Positions 56,490 to 64,000 of a DNA stretch of 64,000 nucleotides are shown piece by piece. The translations under genes and the position numbers were made by a program. Source of the stretch: Myxococcota bacterium (lineage in GTDB: Bacteria; Myxococcota_A; Polyangia; Nannocystales; Nannocystaceae). The notes beneath the pieces were generated by a model. That model had not been told where the DNA came from. It did no database searches and was given only the letters and a program-made list of their open reading frames with translations. The stretch is taken from positions 64,001-128,000 of the forward strand of contig JBCCWC010000008.1 of assembly GCA_039194325.1 (NCBI GenBank). Reading direction: 5' to 3'. The first letter of the stretch is position 1; the number at the start of each line of letters is the position of its first letter.

Positions 56490-58232
56490 TCACCGGGCCG
56501 CGGGCGAGTCCTCCGACTCGGTGGCCACCCGCTCGCGAACGCGGGCCCGCCACGCCATGAGCGGCTCGGCCTCGTCTTCGCGGGACGAGGCTCGCAGCAC
56601 CGCGAGCTGACCGTCGAGGATCTCGACCAGCTCCGGGTGGTCCTTGCCCAGCGCTCGCTGCCGCAGCCCCAGGGCCAGGCCGAAGCTGCGTTCGGCCGCC
56701 CCCAGCTGACCACGTGCCAGCTGGACCTCACCCAGCGCCAGGTACCCGTCGGCCAGGCGCGGATGCTCGGCTCCCAGGCACATCTCGAGCAGCGCCAGGC
56801 TCTGTCGAGCGTTGCGCTCGGCCTCGGTCAGCTCGGAGCGGGCCGCTTGTAGCCGAGCCATCACCGACAGCAGCCCTGCCATTCGCGGGTGCGTCGGGCC
56901 CAGGCCCCGGCTGGCCAGTTCTCGAGCTTCGCGGATGTGTCGGAGCCCCTCGCGGGATCGACCCTGACGCCGCCGCAGCTCGGCCAGGCTCTCATGCAGC
57001 GCGCTGGTGATCGCGGCCGTGCCCTCGCCGACCCGCGTCACCTCGTCGAGGGCGCGGCGCCCGATCGCCTCCGCGTCGTCGTAGCGCTGCCGGCAGCGGG
57101 CCAGCCAGCTCATGTCCACCAGCAGCGCCGCCCGCTGCACCGACTCGGCTCCCTCGGTCACGCGCTCCTCGGCATCGTCGTAGAGCGATTGCGCCGAGGC
57201 GTAGTCGCCCAGCGTTACGGCCACCGCTGCTTGCCCGCGAAGCACCTCGACCCACAGGCCCTCGCTGGGGCCGGGCCCCGGCGTGGTCTCGAGCGCGGCC
57301 AGTCGGGTCGCGATCATCCCGGCTCGGTCGAAGCAGCGCCGGGCCTCGTCGTAGTGACCGAACTCGTACACCGTCCAGCCCAGCCCCAGCAGGCTGTACG
57401 CCACCGCCCGATCCAGCCCGCCCGAGGTCGCCACGGTCGCGGGCCCCGGCTCGCGATACGGCGAACGCCCCGGGCTCGAACCCCGCCGGGGCCGCTGAGC
57501 GCTCTGTAGCGCCATGTCGCGGAACTGCTCGTGCACGGCCAGTGCCTCGCGGAACAGCAGCTCGGCCGCCGCGTACTCGCCCGCGTGGTGCTTGACCCAG
57601 GCCAGGTCGTCGAGCAGCGAGCGTACCGTGTTGTCGTCGGCCCCCGGCGCGTCGCCTACCAGGTCGAGCGCCCGCCGGCACAGCCGCTCGGCTCGCGCGT
57701 GACGCCCTTGCAGCGAACAGTGATGAGCCACCCGCCGCATCAGCCACGCCACGTGACCCGCCCACGGCGTGGGCACGCGATCGTTGAGGCCGCTTAGCAG
57801 CTGGTCGAGGTAGCGAGCCGCCCGCGTGTGATCGTGGAGCATCGAGTTGACGGCGGCCAGGCTGTAGTAGTTGACCAGCAGCTCCGGGGCCGCGGGGGGC
57901 AGCTCTCGCTCCGCCAGGGCCAGCGAGCGCTCGTAGAGCGTGCGCGCCTCCACGTAGCGCCCGTCGACCAGGCGAGCGTCGCCCTGGTCGCGCAACGTGT
58001 TGACCGCCGAGTCCCGCCGGGTCGCTCCCCGCCACGCACAGCCGAGCGTGGTGGTGGCCGCGGTCAGCAGCATCGCCAGGCCCAGCAAGGGCTGGCCCGC
58101 CTGTAGGGCCATCATGAACAGCCCCAGCAACATGAGCGTCACCGGGATGCGATACAGCGCCGCCGCTCGTGGCCGTACCGTCACGGGCACGAGGGAGCGC
58201 CGCAGCCCGAGGCTCGTGCTCGCATTCCCCAC
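56490..58232 (-). CDS. membrane-anchored TPR protein
   Basis: Two N-terminal TM helices and LG..HP repeats. GTG 58232 assumed. Confidence 0.82.
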   Translation of the reverse strand: MGNASTSLGLRRSLVPVTVRPRAAALYRIPVTLMLLGLFMMALQAGQPLLGLAMLLTAATTTLGCAWRGATRRDSAVNTLRDQGDARLVDGRYVEARTLYERSLALAERELPPAAPELLVNYYSLAAVNSMLHDHTRAARYLDQLLSGLNDRVPTPWAGHVAWLMRRVAHHCSLQGRHARAERLCRRALDLVGDAPGADDNTVRSLLDDLAWVKHHAGEYAAAELLFREALAVHEQFRDMALQSAQRPRRGSSPGRSPYREPGPATVATSGGLDRAVAYSLLGLGWTVYEFGHYDEARRCFDRAGMIATRLAALETTPGPGPSEGLWVEVLRGQAAVAVTLGDYASAQSLYDDAEERVTEGAESVQRAALLVDMSWLARCRQRYDDAEAIGRRALDEVTRVGEGTAAITSALHESLAELRRRQGRSREGLRHIREARELASRGLGPTHPRMAGLLSVMARLQAARSELTEAERNARQSLALLEMCLGAEHPRLADGYLALGEVQLARGQLGAAERSFGLALGLRQRALGKDHPELVEILDGQLAVLRASSREDEAEPLMAWRARVRERVATESEDSPAAR

Positions 58233-58592
58233 TGTGCCTTCATTTTCGCAGAAACCCCGCCGTAGACAAACGACCAAAACGCGGCGCAGGGGTCGCCCGG
58301 GGTCGCCCGGGTGGGATCTTCGTGCGGATGGCGTCAAGGCGGCGGCAGGGCGGCGCGAGGGCAACGGGACGTCGATGCGAGGACGGCGGAGGGCGGGAGC
58401 AGACGGCGTCCTGACCGTCCCACCTCGGCCCGGTGCGCGGATCTTGTCCCGGTACGATCTGGGGGTATCGCGGCTCCGCAGAACCCGCTCTTGGTCGGGC
58501 CGCGTCGAGCGCTCCAGGGTCGAGCGCTCCAGGGCCGAGCGCTCCAGGTTGGATGCGTGGGTAGGGGCCCGATTGCTACCGTTTGGGGCGCA

Positions 58593-59375
58593 GTGGCCCG
58601 AGCGCTCTCGGTTTTGTACTGGCTGCTCGCAGGGACGATCGCCATCGCGATCTTTCCTCTCGCCCTGTCGGTATGGGCGCTGACGCTGGCCTTCGACCGG
58701 CGCCGGGTCGTCCTGCATGCCCTGACCAACCTGTGGGCGTCGCTTTACACCTGGCTCAACCCCGTGTGGCGCGTGCAGGTGCGCGGCCGCGAACACATCG
58801 AGCGCGGCCGCCCCTATGTGATGGTGTCCAACCATCGGTCGCTCGTCGATATCTTCGTCCTCCATCGGCTGCTGCGGCACTTCAAGTGGGTGTCGAAGGC
58901 GGAGAACTTTCGGATCCCCTGCATCGGCTGGAACATGCGACTCAACGGGTACATCCCGCTGCGACGAGGGGATCGCGACAGCGTGCTCGCGATGTTCGAG
59001 CACGCGCGACGCGTGCTCGACCAACGGTCAAGCGTGCTGATGTTCCCCGAAGGGACCCGCTCGCGTACGGGGGCGCTCAAGGAGTTCAAGCCGGGGGCCT
59101 TCGAGATCGCCAAGCAGGCCGGGGTGGCGGTGCTGCCGATCGTGGTGGAGGGGACGTTCGAAGCGCTGCGGCCTCGATCGCTTACGATCGCGTCGGCGCG
59201 GATGCGGGTGACCGTGCTGCCGGCGGTGCCGCGGGAGCAGGTGGAGGCGCTGTCGGTGGAGGCGCTGAGCGAGCGGGTGCGGGGAAGGATCGCCGAGCAG
59301 TTGGGGGAGTCGGGGGAGCTAGGGGAGTCGAGGGAGTCGGGTGAGCGCGAGGGGGAGTCTTCATCTGTCACATAA
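58593..59375 (+). CDS. 1-acyl-sn-glycerol-3-phosphate acyltransferase (PlsC family)
   Basis: NHRSLVD (HxxxxD), FPEGTRS, FKPGAF. Confidence 0.93.
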   Translation: MARALSVLYWLLAGTIAIAIFPLALSVWALTLAFDRRRVVLHALTNLWASLYTWLNPVWRVQVRGREHIERGRPYVMVSNHRSLVDIFVLHRLLRHFKWVSKAENFRIPCIGWNMRLNGYIPLRRGDRDSVLAMFEHARRVLDQRSSVLMFPEGTRSRTGALKEFKPGAFEIAKQAGVAVLPIVVEGTFEALRPRSLTIASARMRVTVLPAVPREQVEALSVEALSERVRGRIAEQLGESGELGESRESGEREGESSSVT

Positions 59376-59531
59376 GTGACGGGTTCATTTTCGTGATCGT
59401 CCGACTTATTCGTCTGAGCGGATGAATCGGCATTGCATAATCGACTCGAACGGGACTTATTGATGGTTCTCGTTACTCGATCACCGTTGGCTCCTTATTC
59501 GCGATGACGATCTAGGTAATGATGACGGCGC

Positions 59532-62510
59532 GTGCCATTCGCGTACGATCTCTCGGGAACGCTCCTCGATCGGCGTTATCGGATCATCAAACTGCTCGGC
59601 AAGGGCGGCATGGGGCATGTCTACGACGCGGAGCACGTCGGCCTCCAGCAACGCGTGGCGATCAAGGTGTTGCACCCCCGGTTTGCCCACGAGGAGCGGT
59701 TTCGGGAGCGCTTCATTCGCGAAGCACGATCGGCGTCGCGGATCCACCACCGCAACGTGGTGCGGATCTCGGACTTCGGCGAGACGCCAGACGGCTCGGT
59801 GTACTTCGCGATGGAGTTCCTCAAGGGGCACGACATCGGAGCCGAGCTGAAGAAGTCGGGGGCGATGGCCTGGCCCCGCGCGCGCCATATCCTGCGGCAG
59901 ATCGTCGGGGCCCTCGAGGCCGCCCACGCCAAGAGCATCATTCACCGCGACATCAAGCCCGCCAACTGCTTTCTCACCGAAGACGAGGAGGAAGGGATCG
60001 TCGACTTCGTCAAGGTCCTCGACTTCGGGATCGCCAAGGTCGGCGACGACTCCCACCGCGATGCCCAAGGCAAGGGCCTGACGGGGACCGGCGAGGTCTT
60101 CGGGACCGCCACGTATATGTCGCCCGAGCAGGCGTGCGGCAACAAGCTCGACCACCGCTCCGATCTCTACTCGCTCGGCGTCATGGCCTACGAGATGCTG
60201 GTGGGGCAAGTGCCGTTTCGCGGGATCAACTCGATCCACGTCATCACCCGACACCTCCAAGACGCCCCCGAGCCGCTGCGCAAGAGCAAGCCGGAGATCC
60301 CCGCCGACGTCGAGGCGCTGGTGCTCAAGACGCTCGCCAAGAAACGGGAGGATCGCTTCGCGTCGATGACCGAGCTCGGAAAAGCGCTCGATGCGATCTC
60401 CGACGCGAGCAGGGGACCCAAGGCCCGACCGCGGGATCCGAGCCGGAGCACGCTGGTGTGGGAAGGGAACGCGAAGTCGGCGGTCGAGCAGCCGCCGGCG
60501 GGACGCGGGGGCAAGGGCGACGCGAAGAGTGCACCGGCGGCCCAAGGAGGCGTGGCGGCAGGCAAGGCCGTCGCGACTTCGGCGGCCCAGACGGAGGTTG
60601 TCTCGCCGTCGCTCATGCGAGATCTGCGGGCCGAGTTCGGCAAGCAGCCCAGGGCCAAAGGCGCGGGGGTGCCGGTCGGGCGCTCGCAGTCGCCATCGGA
60701 ATCGCTGCCGACCGCGCGAAACGAGCGGCCGCCGCGGTCGAGCCTGAAGCCACCGGGGGCGGCTGCGCGGGCACAGGGGGCGCCTGCGCGAGCACCGGGG
60801 GCGGTTGGGCGAGCACCGGGGGCAGTTGGGCAGGCACAGGGGGCGCCTGCGCGGGCATCCGGCGCGCCTGCGCGAGCACCGGTCGCGGCCGCGCGAGCAC
60901 CGGTCGCGGCCGCAAGAAGCCCGGCCGCACCCATAAGAAGAAGCCACGCCGCACCCGTACCGGCCTCGGCCGTACCCGCGGGCGGCCGACCTGGGTCAGT
61001 GCCGGCACCGGTCGCACCCGCGGGTGGCCAACCCGGGTCAGTGCCGACCCCTTCGGCGGCAGGACGGCCAGCACCACCACGGGCGATCCGATCGCGAGGT
61101 GGCCCCGCCGGGCAAGCTACGCCGATGTCGGCATATGCGGGGGCCGCAACGAGTGGGAACGCGCCGGCTTCGTCGCAACACATGGGGTCAAAGCCTCATA
61201 TTACGCCAGGGATTTCATCGGAGAGTTCGGGACCTCCGGCAACCGTGAATGTGTCGCGAGCGGGACTGAGGTCGTTGCCCCCAATGGCGGCTTCTTCGAG
61301 CTCTGCCCCGGGGTATGGAGCAGCAACATCCTCACAGACCGCAGGGACACCGGCTGGAGCGGTCGTGCCACCGCAAAGTCACCGGATGATGCCGGCGGGC
61401 TATCCGGCAGGATCCGCGGATCCCTCTGGGGAGTTGCTACCCGTGGGGGCCGGCTCGTCGCCAAACCACTCTGCACAGAACGTGCCCCCCGCTCAAGGAG
61501 CGAATCCACTGCCCGGCCGGGTCGACCCCTCGACGCCTCCGCCCGGCCGGGTCGACCCCTCGACTCCGCCGCCCGGCAGCGCCGATCCCTCGGTGCCGCC
61601 CTTCTCGTCGTGGAGCTCGGCAAGCACCGGGCCGTACGCCACGAGACGAGGAGATTCATCGGCGGAGACGAGCCCACATGCGCTGGAACCAGCCGAACCC
61701 TCGTCAAGGATCTCTGGGGGGATGTTGCTCGTGGTGGGGGTGTTGGTGCTCTGGGTGGGGGGAGTGTCGGCGGTCGGGACGATGTGGTTCTTGGGGACGC
61801 AGACGGAGGGGGGGGAGGGTGTCGCGCGGGAGGATGGCGAAGAAGCGGGTGATGAGGGCAGCCTGGGAGTGAAGAGCGATGCGAGCGTCCGGGATAGCGT
61901 CGAGGACGCGGGAGCTTCGGGTGGATCTGCTTCGTCGCCGGCGCCGATCTCCGGCGAGCAGCCCGGTGGTGATCCAGAACAGTCAGATAAGGACGAGCAG
62001 ATTGCTCAAGGGGACAGCAAGGCGCAGGCGGCTACCAAGCTCGGTGAACAAGCGGAGAGTGACACGCCAAGTTCGCCAGAGCCGGGCAGTGATGATGGCG
62101 ACCTCGTGATCGAGGACGACCCTGCCGAATCAACCGCAACGTCAGGTAGCAACGAAGAAGAGACCAATCCCAACGCTGCGCCGGCTGACTCTACGCCTCC
62201 GGTCAGCGTACCGAGCGATCCTCCGGCAACTTCTTCGCCGAGTCGACCCTTGCATGAGACCACCTCGTGCGCCGAACGGCGGGAAAGCGCACAGACGGCG
62301 AGTAAATCGAGGAACTGGAGGCACGTCGTCAAAGCAACCTCCAAGCGCAACTGCTGGCCCTCCGCCGAACAGGAAGAGAGACTCCGCTTGAAGGTATGGG
62401 CCTTGCTGGAGCTCGGTGAATTCGCCAAGTGCATCAAGACAGGGCGCAGTGCCAAGAACAAGCAGATCAAGACCATGGTGAAGTCGTGCGAGAAGAAACA
62501 GGCGTTATAG
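59532..62510 (+). CDS. Ser/Thr kinase with long low-complexity linker, TM helix and small Cys-containing external domain
   Basis: GKGGMG, VAIK, HRDIKPAN, DFG, YMSPE. A/P/G repeats and TM segment LLVVGVLVLWVGG. Confidence 0.92.
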   Translation: MPFAYDLSGTLLDRRYRIIKLLGKGGMGHVYDAEHVGLQQRVAIKVLHPRFAHEERFRERFIREARSASRIHHRNVVRISDFGETPDGSVYFAMEFLKGHDIGAELKKSGAMAWPRARHILRQIVGALEAAHAKSIIHRDIKPANCFLTEDEEEGIVDFVKVLDFGIAKVGDDSHRDAQGKGLTGTGEVFGTATYMSPEQACGNKLDHRSDLYSLGVMAYEMLVGQVPFRGINSIHVITRHLQDAPEPLRKSKPEIPADVEALVLKTLAKKREDRFASMTELGKALDAISDASRGPKARPRDPSRSTLVWEGNAKSAVEQPPAGRGGKGDAKSAPAAQGGVAAGKAVATSAAQTEVVSPSLMRDLRAEFGKQPRAKGAGVPVGRSQSPSESLPTARNERPPRSSLKPPGAAARAQGAPARAPGAVGRAPGAVGQAQGAPARASGAPARAPVAAARAPVAAARSPAAPIRRSHAAPVPASAVPAGGRPGSVPAPVAPAGGQPGSVPTPSAAGRPAPPRAIRSRGGPAGQATPMSAYAGAATSGNAPASSQHMGSKPHITPGISSESSGPPATVNVSRAGLRSLPPMAASSSSAPGYGAATSSQTAGTPAGAVVPPQSHRMMPAGYPAGSADPSGELLPVGAGSSPNHSAQNVPPAQGANPLPGRVDPSTPPPGRVDPSTPPPGSADPSVPPFSSWSSASTGPYATRRGDSSAETSPHALEPAEPSSRISGGMLLVVGVLVLWVGGVSAVGTMWFLGTQTEGGEGVAREDGEEAGDEGSLGVKSDASVRDSVEDAGASGGSASSPAPISGEQPGGDPEQSDKDEQIAQGDSKAQAATKLGEQAESDTPSSPEPGSDDGDLVIEDDPAESTATSGSNEEETNPNAAPADSTPPVSVPSDPPATSSPSRPLHETTSCAERRESAQTASKSRNWRHVVKATSKRNCWPSAEQEERLRLKVWALLELGEFAKCIKTGRSAKNKQIKTMVKSCEKKQAL

Positions 62511-63385
62511 TGAGGAGCACACGAGTCCTGCAGAGGTCTAGCGCTTGGGCGCTCGGCGCTTTGATCTCGCTGGCGAGTGCTGAGACTGGAGCAACGAATA
62601 GCTCATCAACTGCTCCCCATGACAACGTGGTGAGTCGCAATCGCGTCGCGAACGTAATGGTCAAGGTCGCTCCCTCGGTACCCGAAGCGGACACCATGGT
62701 GACCTGGCTCGAGGACCGCGCCCAGGCAGTCCTCAAGGTGCGCGGTGAGGCACTGGAAGACGTGGACCTAATTCGTATCATGGTCGACGGGGGGCCGTTC
62801 GACTATCGCGTGACGCTCGCGCTCTTTCGCCGGGAGAAAGCACTGCCTCCACAACAGCAACCGGAACCATTCGATTGCGACTGTAGTACCGAGCAGATGC
62901 TAGAGGGTATCGAAGCGCCGATCGGCGCCGCAGCGCAAACCCTAGAGGACTTTGCGGAGCAAGAGCACCGAGAACGAGACGAAGCGCTGGCCACCGCTAA
63001 ACGACGACGAGCCGAAGAACGCCGACGCCTACAAGTCGAGCAACGAGCAGCCGCACAGCAAGCAGCAGAGCAACAACCGACGCGATACCGGCCAACTCGG
63101 CTTGGTAGGACGGGGATCGGATTGCTGGGTGCCGGCGGCATGGCAACGCTGAGCGGGATCATCATGGTGACTCGGCCCGCCAAGCCGCTCCCTGGGTATC
63201 AGACTACAGTGCGCAACTGGGCACCTCCTGGGTTCGCGCTGCTCGGGGTCGGCGTGACGGCGATGGTCAGCGGCACCATCACCTTGGTAGCCGACATCGT
63301 CCGTTGTCGCCGAGAACCGAAACGCTGCAACGAGATATCGACACATGCCCACGTTTCAGTCTCGTCGAACATGGCGGGTCGGTGA
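62510..63385 (+). CDS. hypothetical membrane protein (signal peptide, coiled coil, two TM helices)
   Basis: GTG overlaps the kinase stop. CDC motif and two C-terminal TM helices. Confidence 0.7.
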   Translation: MRSTRVLQRSSAWALGALISLASAETGATNSSSTAPHDNVVSRNRVANVMVKVAPSVPEADTMVTWLEDRAQAVLKVRGEALEDVDLIRIMVDGGPFDYRVTLALFRREKALPPQQQPEPFDCDCSTEQMLEGIEAPIGAAAQTLEDFAEQEHRERDEALATAKRRRAEERRRLQVEQRAAAQQAAEQQPTRYRPTRLGRTGIGLLGAGGMATLSGIIMVTRPAKPLPGYQTTVRNWAPPGFALLGVGVTAMVSGTITLVADIVRCRREPKRCNEISTHAHVSVSSNMAGR

Positions 63386-63390
63386 CAAAT

Positions 63391-64000
63391 ATGACGCATA
63401 TCGACCACATCATGGACATGCGGACCTCCCGAGCACTCCGCGTACGCGTGATGGGCGGTATAATGTTCGGGCTCATGATTTCCGGCTGCTTACAACCGGA
63501 CCCAGCTCACTGCATTTTTGGGTATGGCGATCGGTCCTGTGTGAATGAAGATGGCGAGATGTGTGTCTTGGGTACCACACGCCTCGTGCACGAAGGAGTC
63601 TCCAAAGGTTGCACAGAAGAACTCGCGGAAGGGTTCGTGCACGTCCCCTATGGTCTGCCAGAGGCTATCCTAGCTCCCGCTTCCCAACCGGAAGCTCCAC
63701 GAGCAATCCAGGGAATGCTAGCCGAGCGTGGCTATATCGGCACATGCACCTCATCCGAAGAACTCGAATCGTACTTTCGGCCAACCGTGGTGGTGGTGGG
63801 GAAGGTCCGACGACACCTTGAAGAACGCGGGCGAGTACGACGTTCGACGCTGGATCTAACTGAATCCCAAAGCGAGATTATCCGCAACTTCGCCGACATC
63901 ACCGATGACTGGATTCAGACCTGCTCCGGTCGAGACCCGATGAGCGGCGCCAGTGCAGACTCGGACGCTGGTAGTTACTTGGGATCGGCGGACGGCCAAT
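63391..64000 (+). CDS. hypothetical lipoprotein, truncated by the window end
   Basis: Open frame from ATG 63391 to the end: MTHIDHIM..GIMFGLMISGCLQPDPAHC (lipobox ISGC). Confidence 0.65.
   Translation, partial: MTHIDHIMDMRTSRALRVRVMGGIMFGLMISGCLQPDPAHCIFGYGDRSCVNEDGEMCVLGTTRLVHEGVSKGCTEELAEGFVHVPYGLPEAILAPASQPEAPRAIQGMLAERGYIGTCTSSEELESYFRPTVVVVGKVRRHLEERGRVRRSTLDLTESQSEIIRNFADITDDWIQTCSGRDPMSGASADSDAGSYLGSADGQ

Overview
High-GC chromosomal window that looks myxobacterial, probably Nannocystaceae-like. This is inferred from the eukaryote-type Ser/Thr kinase-TPR paralogs, the Cys-rich and RCC1 lipoproteins, the DUF1552/DUF1592 pair and the PEGA protein. Housekeeping genes include rpoD, argF, arfB, a peroxiredoxin, an aldehyde dehydrogenase, a PlsC-type acyltransferase and an HtrA/Deg protease. 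The most notable items are: (1) a self-contained spike-tip toxin cassette with its own predicted promoter and no full vgrG (17288-23891: DUF6484 mini gp5/VgrG-like spike, DUF2169, thiolase-like adaptor, PAAR-like DUF4150-GHH nuclease, two candidate immunity genes, TIGR02270); (2) a triple-FKBP / cereblon-like / aspartoacylase-family gene run; (3) two stand-alone Rpn C-terminal (RpnS-like) small ORFs; (4) a ~58-bp nested-hairpin REP-like element in three copies; (5) a GNAT-like unknown gene overlapping the end of argF; (6) a non-RD kinase overlapping an FHA-HK-REC-HPt gene; (7) many short tandem duplications at gene ends. One frameshifted phosphodiesterase and one apparently internally deleted cNMP-CPBP gene are present. 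I saw no rRNA, tRNA, CRISPR array, integrase or intact transposase. All family calls come from recognising motifs by eye, not from database searches.
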